In this document: one piece after another, positions 21,964 to 32,949 of the stretch
Numbering within the stretch: the first letter of the stretch is position 1
Layout: each line of letters starts with the position of its first letter
DNA from: Eledone cirrhosa
Lineage: Eukaryota
Assembly (NCBI GenBank): GCA_964016885.1
Contig: OZ024740.1
Location: 135,346,001 to 135,410,000 of the forward strand
Reading direction: 5' to 3'
DNA: 64,000 nt
The notes under the pieces: generated by a model
Seen by the model: the letters and a program-made list of their open reading frames with translations, nothing else
The model's database searches: none
Told to the model about the DNA's origin: nothing
Program-made: the position numbers and the translations under genes

Positions 21964-24900
21964 ACACTATATATATATAGTTGAACTGTGTCAAAAATGC
22001 TCAGCTTCTAAGAACACATATACACATACTGTACATTTTTAGCTAGCCTTTTCATGCATATATACATAACGAACATAAACTTTCACAGACGCTCCTATCT
22101 TTGTTGTCTGTGACTCCAAGTTTTTCCAACGTTCTAACACAAAACACATTTACTACTGCTTTGACAGTTTATTTTCACTACTTCAAAATGTCATGAAATA
22201 GTTTTTTCTAGGGTGTGGTGTTCATATGCTATACTGTATTGTGGAAAATGTGTCTGAAACATGTGGTTTGGGTGGGGATGGGAACGGAAAATCTAGTTGT
22301 AGTTGAGTGACATTACTCGCTCCCACTTCTAATAAATTTTATTCTAGTTGATTATGTCATCAAAAACAAAATTTGGAACATCTAAAACAAAGAAAGAAAA
22401 TAAAAGAAATGTGAGTATTTTGCACAGTGGTGGCGCTCAGTAAATTAGTGTGTGTAGGTTGTTCTAGTAGAAGTGCTTATGGGTTTTCAGTCACCCAGTA
22501 ATTTTCATCACACGTAAAGTTTCCTTTGACATAAAAAAAATAATAAACACTATATGCGCGTAGGTGTGTGTACAAAAGTAACATAAATATTAAAATCAAG
22601 ATGCATCATGAGAGAGAAAATTCTCTTGTCTTTCCTTCCACCAGCTAAGGGCCCTCAGAACATTAACTTCGAATTAACATTTGAAAGATTGTGAGTGAAG
22701 AAGATTTATAGTTTAAAATATGCATTAAAGCAAAATAAATTATATTTACTGCATGTTATCCAATATACACACAGGAAAAAAACAAAAAACAACAACAAAA
22801 ACGATTATCAGATTATATTTGCTTAAAGTAATTTAGCACTATTATTACTTTTACTTGTGCAGCTAGATGCAACTTTGGCACAAAGCCACACATGTTTTTG
22901 GAGGAAGGCAGTGTTAATGAAATCAACACCAATATTTGACTGGTACTTATTTTATCAACCTCAGAAGGATGGAAGACAAAGTTGATCATGTAATTGGTAC
23001 AACGGTGTGAATTTCTAGTTGATTTAATCGACTCCAGCATATATATCAGGCGATTATTTTATCAATCCTGGAAGGATTAAAGGCTGAATGACTCAAAATG
23101 TTGGAAAATGAAACTAAAACGTTGGAAAATAATACTAAATGCTGTAGGGCATTTCGATTTAGAATATAGGGACAAAACTAAATAATAATTTCTAACATAG
23201 GCACAAGGCCAGAAATTTTAGAGGTGGGGGGAAACAGTTGATCATATGGACTCTAGTATTTTACTGTTAGTCTATTTTGTCAACTCTGGAAAGGTGAAAG
23301 TTGTCTTTAACAGGATTTGAACTTAGAATGTAAAAAACCATGACTAAATACCTTGGTATTTTATTTGACACTGACAATTCTTTCAAATAATAACAATAAC
23401 ACCAATGATAGAGGAAAGAAATTCAAGAAGAATCAGGATACATGGAAACTTTAAGCTTTCTCTCTTCTAGAGAAATAGCAGCTATCTGTTCTGGCCTTCA
23501 TGTGAAACCAGGGGAGCCATATTGAACTAACATCATGGTAGTTGTTTTAATCTTTTTGATAACAACAATATGGTCATGAAAGGGTTAAAGTAGTTAATCC
23601 AATGCCTTATTGTTCTGTGTTCAAATCTTGTTAAAGCTGATTTTCAAAATCATCATCTGACCAATGATAAAGTGTCAGAAACACACTAGAGTTGACTGGA
23701 TCAACTATATTATTTTACTTATTATAAGTAGTTTGTATCATTGATCAAACAACTGGAACACTGAACATCAGAATCAACAGAAGTGCAACACATAACTAAT
23801 TTCTCAAGTTAGAAGAAAGATAACAAAAAATATAGTTTACAATGATGTTCTCTCCTAAGGCTGCACCTTCAGTACTATCCATGTGTACTTTACACCATCT
23901 CAAATTTGAAACACTTCAGAAAAATACAGTTTCAAAGAAATGATGTATTTCCTGGTTTTCTATAAACTTTCAACAATGTTATAGTTTTCAAAATAACCAT
24001 GGAATTTCCTCATGTACTGCTAGTTATTATTCTTGCTGTTGCTAGTAAAATAGTTCACTGTATATTTTGAAATGACTTTCAATATCTTAAACATCTTTCA
24101 TCTCTTCATAGTCAAAGAATATATAAAAAACACTAGGTGTGGTGACAATATTGTATCCTCATAATAAACTGCCTATAGGGTGGTGAATTGGCAGGATCGT
24201 TACAGTGTCAGACAAAATGCCACATAGTATTTATCCTGGTTCTTTGTCTTCAGAGTTTAAATCCTACAAAGGTAAATTTTGTCTTTCATCCTTCTGGAGT
24301 TGAGATAATTAACTTTCCCATTTCCCAAAACTATTGGCTTTCTGCCTAAATTAGAAACCTTATTAAACTTGCTTAGAATCTATTATTTCAGCAGGAAAAA
24401 AAAATGCATTGAAGTGCTGAAAATCATAAACACAGGCATTGCCAAACGTTTTTGGAGGCAGGCTAAATTGGAATGTTTTTGTATGTTGTGGGCCAAGGAG
24501 AATAAAAAAAAACATAAAACCGTGATCATACAATACCTTGGAAATAGTTTTTTTTAATTACTTTTAGGTAAAACATTATAAGCATTGGACGTTCAATAAA
24601 ATAAATGTTCTTTTGCTCTATTCATTTACTGCTTATAATCTCACACCTACGCAAACTTTAAAGTTTTACAAAAATAGGGGTCTCACTTTCTTTTTTGTAA
24701 TAGTATAAAACATTGAGTTACTAAAAGCTACTGAAAAAATGAAACTTTTTTCGATACTGAATTTTATTAATGATAGGAGCCTTAGTTGTAGCATGTGAAA
24801 TGAAGTGTCTTGCTCAAGAACACAATGTGCTGCCTGAACCATGAATCAAACTCATGACCTTATCATCATGAATCCAACCCATTCACCACTAGGCCATGCA

Positions 24901-26102
24901 CCTTCACTCTAAAAGATTAATATGAAAGACAAAGAATTTTTGTATGCAACTTCACAATTCAATGAAGTCTACAGGCTAGATGAAATGAAGCTGTGGTCTG
25001 TAGTTTGCCAACACTTGATGTATCACATCAAATGGCTCACAGATTTTAGCATTGCCTCTCTGTTCTGAGTTCAAGTTCTATTGTGCCTACTTTTCCTAAT
25101 CTCCTTTTGCAGTGGATGTAATATATTAAGTAGTAGTAAATTTGAATGATTAAACACTTTCTTAGACTTGTGCCAGAGACTTCCAGCAGAAATAATAGTA
25201 ATTGTTCCTACATTTGGCACAAGACCAGTAAGGGGAAGGAAAAGTCAATTAAATCGACCCCGGTGCATTACTGGTACTTTATTTTATCAACTTCGGTGGG
25301 TTTTGAACTCAGAACATTAAGGACCATAACTATATGTTGCAAAGCATTTTGTCTGATGCTCTACTGATACAGCCAATCCACTGCCCTATGCAGAAATAAT
25401 TGTTTCTACTATAGACACAAGGCCAGCAATTTGAAGGGAAGGAGAAAGACGATTAAATCAACCCCAGTACTTACTGGTGCTTTATTTTATCGACCCCGTA
25501 AGGATGAAAGACAAAGCTAACCTTGGTGGGATTTGAACTCAGACCATAAAGGGTCGTAACTCTTTGCTGCAAAGCATGGCGTACGATCCTCTATCGATAC
25601 TGCCAATAATGGTTTCTAATTTGGGCACAAGGCCAGAAATTTTTGGAGTGGGGACCAGTCGATTATATTGATCTTGGAAGGATGAAAAACGAAGTTGACA
25701 TTAGTGAGATTTGAACACAGAACATATAGAGCTGGAAATAAATACAGCATGGCATTCTGTCTAACACTGTAACGAATCTGTCAATAATAATAATAAGGTG
25801 TTAGATATCAATGGCTGTCAGATGCAACTTGATATCTAGCAATCCAACACCAGCAGAACAATAATGAAATTCTGAATGGAGAACATTGCCAACAACATAA
25901 TAATAATTATTTTATTTATTAGCCACAAGAACCCAAGATGTTGGGGACAGTACAAGAATGAAATGATAGGAAAATAGGACACAGTGGAATATCTGCTTTG
26001 AATATACAGGAAGCTTGGTTACAATAATGACACTGAATGGCTAATAATGTTTGTTTCTTTGGAGGTGGAGGGATTGATTAAATCAATGTATGCCTGTGTA
26101 TA

Positions 26103-26209
<107 letters not shown>

Positions 26210-26425
26210 TCATCATCATCATTTAGTTTTATCAATCCCAGAAGGATGAAAGGCAAAGTTAACTGTGGAATGATTTGAACTCCAAATGTAAAGATCCGAA
26301 AAACATATATATCTGACACCCTCATGACTGCTAATACACTGCCTTAATGAAGGCTTGTAATTTTGAGAGAGTTGGAAATATTTAAAATCAAGTCCAGTAC
26401 TTAAGTGGTACTTTATTTATTGATA

Positions 26426-26652
26426 TTAGCCCTTTTGGTACCAAACTGCCTGAAACTGGTCCAAATTTTACAATGCAAGGCTGTTTGATTTAAACTGTTT
26501 ACATTTTTTCTGAAATCTTCCATCATAACTTTATGAAAGAGCCTTAAAGTTATGGTTCAAACATCAGCTTAATAATGAGAATGTTAGTCAGTTTGCTAAA
26601 TCCCTCCAGATCCTTCATATCTTTATTTGAGATATAATATCAAGTGGGTTAA
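26426..26652 (-). mobile_element. piggyBac-type MITE, family B (degenerate)
   Basis: TTAG|CCCTTTTGGTACC...AAGTGGG|TTAA; similar to 60059-60305. Confidence 0.6.
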
Positions 26653-27321
26653 TATGATTTCTGATTTAGGCACAAGGCCAAAAGTTTTGATTAAATTTCC
26701 CCACTGTGTTACTGGTACTTTATTTTATCGACCCCTGTAAGGATTAAAGGCAAAGCTAACCTTGGCGGGATTTGAACTCAGAATGTAAAGAGACATAACT
26801 ATATGCCACAAAGCATGTCCTTTGCTCTACTTATACTGTCAATCAACTACCCTAACAGGTTGGTTAGTATAATAATGATAATGACAGTAAAGAACAGACA
26901 TCTTTTTGTTAAGCTTTCCAGCCAGGTAGTTGTGAATAATAGACAAATAAAAACTAAAAGGTCACATTGTTAAATGTATGAGCTAGTCACTCTGGTAAGT
27001 GACTATCTAGCAAATTAGACAATTTCTAACAGTCCCTCTAGACCAACCAATATTTGCCCCAATGACCAATCCAGTAACCACTCAGTTATTTACTAATTAC
27101 CTACCTACCTCTTCCTTTATTTTTGTTAAAGTTTAGTGTGTGTGTGTGTGTAAATATATATATAGACAGATATATGTGTGTGTACGTGTTTCTACTGAAA
27201 TGTTTGGAATGTTTTTATTTATTTCTCACTTTCCTCTTTATCCTTGACTCCAATTCATTGTTTACCAGAAATAACAATGTTTGTATGTGTGTATATGTAT
27301 ATATATATGTGTGTGTGTGTG

Positions 27322-30300
27322 TACCCTTCCCTCCCACCCCCACGCACCACCATTATTATTACGTGGACCAATCATAAGCCAGAGGCCTATACTATCGCTT
27401 GCCTGCTTGCCTTTCGATATATGATGGATGGATGGACTACGGAATTCTGGAGAGTGGAAGAGAGAAAAATCTGGACGCTCAGCGACAATGCCAAAGATAA
27501 AGACAAATTCACCTCGTGGACGAGAATGCGAGCACTCCTCTTTGTTTCGGCCGCGGATGGCTAACATAACCCCATCTCCCCCCGCTCCCCACCGCTCCCA
27601 CCCTCCAAACGCAATCCAAAACTTCAGAATTGGTACAATGAATGTAGGCACCTTAAAGGGTCGCTCTAACGAGGTTGTAGAAATGCTCGAACGTAAGGAG
27701 GTCAATGTTTGTTGTATTCAAGAGACCAGGTGGAGGGGTGGGTCTGCTAGATTCATTGAGGGTAAAAAACGATGCTATAAGCTTTTCTGGGTGGGAAATG
27801 ACGATGGGCTGGGTGGAGTAGGAATCATGGTAGCAGAAAAGTGGGCAGATAAGATAATAGACGTAAATAGAGAGAACGACAGAATAATTAAAATAAGACT
27901 TGTCCTCAATAGAACTACGGTGACAGTAATATCTGCGTACGCACCCCAATCCGGACTGCCCGGCACTATAAAAGACAGATTCTATGAGACACTGATGCTC
28001 ACTACCTCCCAAATAACCGACAGTGACTATATAATTATTGCAGGCGACCTAAATGGTCTCGTTGGACAACATTGTGACGGCTACGACAAAATCCATGGAG
28101 GCTATGGGTTCGGTACTAGAAATGAGGAAGGCTCCAGAATCCTGGAATTCTGTGACGCAAATAACCTAACTATCTGTAACACTGACTTCAAAAAACGTGA
28201 CAATCACCTGATCACCTATAGATCCGGGGAACACACAAGCCAGGTAGATTATATCCTTACCAGAAGACGTGACAGAGTGTCTGTTGTAAACACTAAATCC
28301 CTCCCCCATGAAGAATGCACCTCCCAACATAGACTGATAATTAGCGACCTAATAGTCAGGACGAGACATACTAGACAACAGAAGAGGACTATCCTCAGGA
28401 GAAAAATATGGAAGCTAAAGGACCCCACAGCCAGAAATAAATTTCAAAGCATACTACTTGATGCTTTCGACAGTAAGGAAGAGCAATTAGAGTCGTACAA
28501 TATAGAGGAGCAGTGGGAATTCCTGAAAGCAAACCTGCTGATGGCGGCAGACGAAGTCTGTGGCTGGAGCAGGCCTGTAGGCAGGAGGAGAGTAACATGG
28601 TGGTGGAACAGTAAGGTGGAGGGGTCAATTAAGGCCAAAAAGCAGGCTTGGAAAGTATGGCGGGATGGGGGAAGTAGAGAAGACTATCAAGTGGCCAGGA
28701 GGGAAGCTAGGAGACAAGTGTACTTCGCAAGAAGGGAAGTAGAGGAAAGAAAGTTCAAGCATGTTCTACAACGCGAGGACCAAAAACGTGAGGTGTTCAG
28801 GATTGCTAGGCAATGTGTCAAGGAAAACCATGATATTGTCGGGGAGAAGTGTGTACTTAATGATGACGGCGTACTTGCCATCACCGACGCTGATAAGAAG
28901 GTAGCTTGGAAATGTCATTATGAAAGGCTACTAAATGAGGAGAATAAATGGGAGAAAGACAGTCTCCCCCACATCGACCCAATAGAGGGACCAGCAGTGT
29001 TAATCGAGGGTAGTATAATAAGTAAGGCAATCAAGGATATGAAGACGGGTAAGGCAGCTGGGCCTTCGGAAATAGTTGCTGAGATGCTGAAGGCATCTGG
29101 CACGGTGGGACACACCATGGTCACCCGGATAGTTAACCAAGTCGTACAGAATGGGGTTGTTCCGAAGGACTGGCGTAGCAGCATCATCGTTAACTGTTAT
29201 AAGGGTAAAGGAGATGCCCTAGATAGGAGTAACTATAGAGGCATTAAATTAATCGACCAGGTCATGAAGGTCACGGAAAAAGTAATAGTGCAGCTAATCA
29301 GAGAGAGAATTGACCTAGATGAAATGCAGTTCGGGTTTGTGTCAGACAAAAGTACCACAGACGCTCTTTTCATTGTACGACAACTACAGGAGAAGTACCT
29401 AGCTAAAAGTAAACCCCTATACTTAGCTTTTGTCGACTTGGAGAAAGCCGTCGACAGAGTCCCCCGTTCCATTATCTGGTGGGCTCTTAGAAAACTAGGT
29501 GTCGACGAATGGCTTGTGAGAGCTATACAAGCCATGTTTAAAGAAACAGTCAGCAAGGTTAGAATTAACAACGAATATAGTGAAGAGTTTAGCGTAAAAG
29601 TTGGCGTCCATCAGGGCTCTGTTCTCAGCCCCCTACTATTTATTATTGCCCTTCAGGCTATAACAGAGGAGTTCAAGACCGGCTGCCCATGGGAACTCCT
29701 ATACGCAGACGACCTAACACTCATAGCTGAATCAATGGCCGAGCTAGAGAAGAAATTCCAAACATGGAAGCACGACCTAGAATCAAAAGGCCTTAAAATT
29801 AACTTGTCTAAGACTAAAGTTCTAGTTTGTAGGAAAGAAAATAAGGCGGCGGTCCTTTCCGGGAAGTGGCCATGCTCAGTGTGTAGGAAAGGCGTAGGTA
29901 GAAACTCCATTTTGTGTCCCAAATGCAAAGTATGGGTGCATAAAAGATGTAGTGGGATCACAGGTAAGCTAACGAAGAACATAGATTTCACATGTGGCCG
30001 GTGCTCTGGTGCAATAAGTAGCAGCAAGTGCCCACAAAATACTAGCTCTTTCAACTGCGCAGAGGGCTCTATAGAAATAGTGGATAGCTTCCGTTACCTG
30101 GGTGACAAAATCAGCAGTGGGGGAGGGTGCTCTGAAAGTACAGTAGCTAGAGTCAGAACTGGATGGAAAAAGTTCAGAGAGCTTATACCACTATTAGCCG
30201 CTAAAGGGTTCTCCCTAAAAATGAAAGGCAGGTTGTATGATGCCTGCATACGGACAGCAATGTTGCATGGCAGTGAGACCTGGGCATTGTGTGCAGAGGA

Positions 30301-31049
30301 TATACGCAGACTAGAGAGGAACGAAGCTTGCATGCTCCGCTGGATGTGTAATAGTAATATACGTGAACGGCAAAGCATAAACGAACTAAGGAAAAAATTA
30401 GAAATAAGAGGGGTCAGATGTTGTTTACTCGAGAGAAGGCTACGTTGGTATGGACACGTGATGCGCATGAAAGTCGATAGCTGTATAACAAAGTGCAGGG
30501 CAATAAAGATAGATGGTAGCCACGGAATAGGCAGAACTAGAAAAACCTGGCACGAGCTGATAAACTCCGACCTCACACACTTACACCTCTCCAAGACAAT
30601 GTCACTGGACCGAGACCTTTGGCGGTACTCAGTAATAGAGAAGACCCGCCTTACCTAAATACATAGTAAAACCTACTACAGTCAGTAGGCATCTCTAACA
30701 AAATACACCTCCGTCCCACCACCCCCACCCCATCCACACCGCCTCCTTCTATGTAAAGTTATGTTGGTGCCACACCATCCAGGCCGAAACAAATGAGATC
30801 GTGTAGGTGTCACGACAAAAAAACACACAGTCCGCGCTGTAATGTGGCCGTGTAGGCAACACGGTAAAAACTTCCCAGACCCACACTGTAAATGTGGTTG
30901 GTGTTAGGAAGGGCATCCAACTGTAGAAAACCTGCCAGACAGTCCTATGCGAGCAAGACAATCACTCTTGCCTCAAGTGCGAAAACCCCCGTCCAAACCC
31001 ATGCAAGCGTGGAACACGGACGTTAAACGTTGATGATGATGGTGATGAT
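27322..31049 (+). mobile_element. Apparently full-length RTE-clade LINE inside amphiphysin intron 1 (sense orientation)
   Basis: Short 5' leader after a TG/TA microsatellite, 1076-aa ORF, 3' UTR, terminal CCATGCAAGCGTGG hairpin and (GAT)n tail; the 5' boundary is approximate. Confidence 0.96.
27428..30658 (+). CDS. RTE LINE polyprotein: APE endonuclease + RT with inserted PHD finger (open frame, some motif substitutions)
   Basis: Uninterrupted ORF with APE and RT motifs (YADD); KAVDRV replaces KAFDRV and GDLNGLVG replaces GDLNGHVG; alternative starts at 27488 or MANITP. Confidence 0.95.
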   Translation: MDGLRNSGEWKREKSGRSATMPKIKTNSPRGRECEHSSLFRPRMANITPSPPAPHRSHPPNAIQNFRIGTMNVGTLKGRSNEVVEMLERKEVNVCCIQETRWRGGSARFIEGKKRCYKLFWVGNDDGLGGVGIMVAEKWADKIIDVNRENDRIIKIRLVLNRTTVTVISAYAPQSGLPGTIKDRFYETLMLTTSQITDSDYIIIAGDLNGLVGQHCDGYDKIHGGYGFGTRNEEGSRILEFCDANNLTICNTDFKKRDNHLITYRSGEHTSQVDYILTRRRDRVSVVNTKSLPHEECTSQHRLIISDLIVRTRHTRQQKRTILRRKIWKLKDPTARNKFQSILLDAFDSKEEQLESYNIEEQWEFLKANLLMAADEVCGWSRPVGRRRVTWWWNSKVEGSIKAKKQAWKVWRDGGSREDYQVARREARRQVYFARREVEERKFKHVLQREDQKREVFRIARQCVKENHDIVGEKCVLNDDGVLAITDADKKVAWKCHYERLLNEENKWEKDSLPHIDPIEGPAVLIEGSIISKAIKDMKTGKAAGPSEIVAEMLKASGTVGHTMVTRIVNQVVQNGVVPKDWRSSIIVNCYKGKGDALDRSNYRGIKLIDQVMKVTEKVIVQLIRERIDLDEMQFGFVSDKSTTDALFIVRQLQEKYLAKSKPLYLAFVDLEKAVDRVPRSIIWWALRKLGVDEWLVRAIQAMFKETVSKVRINNEYSEEFSVKVGVHQGSVLSPLLFIIALQAITEEFKTGCPWELLYADDLTLIAESMAELEKKFQTWKHDLESKGLKINLSKTKVLVCRKENKAAVLSGKWPCSVCRKGVGRNSILCPKCKVWVHKRCSGITGKLTKNIDFTCGRCSGAISSSKCPQNTSSFNCAEGSIEIVDSFRYLGDKISSGGGCSESTVARVRTGWKKFRELIPLLAAKGFSLKMKGRLYDACIRTAMLHGSETWALCAEDIRRLERNEACMLRWMCNSNIRERQSINELRKKLEIRGVRCCLLERRLRWYGHVMRMKVDSCITKCRAIKIDGSHGIGRTRKTWHELINSDLTHLHLSKTMSLDRDLWRYSVIEKTRLT

Positions 31050-31057
31050 CATATATA

Positions 31058-31180
31058 TCATCATCATCATCATCACCGTTTTACGGCCGTTCTTCCACGC
31101 TAGCATGGGTTAGACGGGTTGTCCTGTTTTGGGCAGTGTCCGGTCGGCTGACCATGCCTTGCTCATATGGGAACTGATTC
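31058..31180 (-). mobile_element. 3' terminus of the older RTE subfamily, tail-to-tail with the full-length copy
   Basis: Near-identical to 884-1011; the two GAT/CAT tails face each other across ATATAT. Confidence 0.85.
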
Positions 31181-31287
31181 TGTGTATATATATATATATA
31201 ATTTTATAATGTTTGTGTGATGTTTAAATGTGATATGCATGTGTAATGTTTCAGTAATATGTAATTTTGTGTATATAAATCTCTCTC

Positions 31288-31795
31288 TCATCATCATCAT
31301 TTAATGTCTATTTTTCCATACTTGCATGGGTTAAATAGGTGTTCCATGTTATATGACAAGTCAGGGCAGGTGACTCCCGTCTTGCTCTTACATATCTGTG
31401 TTTTGGTTTAGTTTCTAGAACTGGATGCCCTTCCTAATGCCAACCACATTACAATATGGACTGGGTGTTTTTTTTTCCCTGTGACACCCAAAATGACCAT
31501 TTAACAGGTTGGACTAGGTGCTTTTTTGTCATGCCACCAGCTTGACCATCTTACAGGATGGACTGAGTGCTTTTTGTCATGCCACCAGCACGACCATCTT
31601 ACAGGATGGACTGAGTGCTTTTTGTCATGCCACCAGCTTGACCACCTTATAGGGTGTACTGGATGCTTTTTTTCTTGTGTCACCAACATAACCACCTTAC
31701 AGGATGAATTGGGTGCTTTTGTTGTTGTGGCACCAGATCAGCATACAGGGTCGACATAGTGCTTTTTTGTCATGGCAACGGCATTGTGGGAGGTC
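31288..31795 (-). mobile_element. RTE-tailed element containing a ~48-bp minisatellite (~7 units, 31443-31780)
   Basis: CAT tail, CCATACTTGCATGG hairpin, GGATGCCCTTCC, then tandem ACCATCTTACAGGATGGACTGAGTGCTTTTTGTCATGCCACCAGCTTG-like units. Confidence 0.8.
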
Positions 31796-31839
31796 AGATG
31801 TGGAGTGTATCCAGTTTCCATACTTGTATGAAATTATAC

Positions 31840-32232
31840 AGATATAACTTCATCATACATCTCGACTGTGAGTGTACTTCTTGATTTATATCTTAATTAA
31901 TTACCAATGTGTGCTAATTATGTAAATTAATATGTCCATTTCAGAATAATACTAAGAGTAAATGGGTATATATATCAATCCAATACATGTTTCATTGTGG
32001 TTGTTTGGGTGATATACACACCTTCTAATGAGGGTTCAATTAGCTCCAAAAATCGATTAAAGGTGTTCATCATTTTTTCAATTTACAGAGAAATTCGTAT
32101 TTTATGGCCTATTCAAATGCCTACATATTAGATATGTGTATATATTTATACATGTTGTTGTAGTCTTGGTTACACACTCTATATTTATAGAGATGTAACT
32201 TTATCATACACTTCGGCTGCTAGTGCACTTCA
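31840..32232. mobile_element. Penelope-like remnant with a degenerate hammerhead (32018-32066, +) and ~40-bp terminal direct repeats
   Basis: ACACCTT-CTAATGA-stem II-AAAA-ATCGAT-TA-AAGGTGT: perfect 7-bp stem I, palindromic AATCGATT stem III, two G->A core changes. An opposed half motif GAAACATGTA lies on the minus strand at ~31984; direct repeats at ~31841 and ~32191. Confidence 0.55.
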
Positions 32233-32264
32233 TTATATGTATTTATGTATGTACGTATATGTAT

Positions 32265-32905
32265 CATTATCATCATCATCAACGTTTAACATCTATCTTC
32301 CACACTAGCATGAGTTTAGATGGGAATTGTCCTACTTGAAGCAAGATTGGTCAGGTGACCATGTCTCTCTCCATGTCTGTCTGGCAGGTTTTCTACAGTT
32401 GGATGCCCTTCCTAACACCAACCACGTTTACAGTGTGGTTCTGGGAGGTTTTTACCGTGTTACCTACATGGGCCACATTACAGCGTGGACTGTATTTTTT
32501 TTGTCGTGACACCTACACGACCTCATTTATTTTGGACTGGATGTTGTGGTATGAACATAACTTTACAGAGAAAGGGTGGTGTTGGTGGGGGGTGAGGTGG
32601 AGTAGGGTTAGTGGGATGGGGTATATATTTGGTTAGGAGGTGCCTACTGACTGTAGGTTTCGCTTTGTACATAGGCAAGGCGGGTCTTCTGTATTACTGT
32701 GTAGCGCCAAAGATCTCGGTCCAGTGACACTGTCTTAGAGAGGTGTAAGTGTGTGAGGTCGGAATTTATTAAATTGTCCCAGGTTTTTCTGGGACTACCT
32801 ACTCCACAACTTCCATCAATTTTGATCGCCCTGCACTTTTTTTTATACAACTGTCGTCTTTCATGCGCATCACGTGACCATACAAATGTAGTCTTCTTTC
32901 GAGTA
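32265..32905 (-). mobile_element. 5'-truncated RTE LINE 3' end
   Basis: KCRAIKIDGSCGVGSPRKTWDNLINSDLTHLHLSKTVSLDRDLWRY plus 3' UTR and CAT tail. Confidence 0.92.
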
Positions 32906-32949
32906 ATGACACAGTATAATGAAGAAATATTATTTTTACGCTTGATTAA

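Noticed and set aside
31443-31780. CRISPR-like array or repetitive peptide ORFs (31501-31759)
   Set aside because: Tandem copies of a retroposon UTR module; the ORFs are by-products of the 48-bp period.
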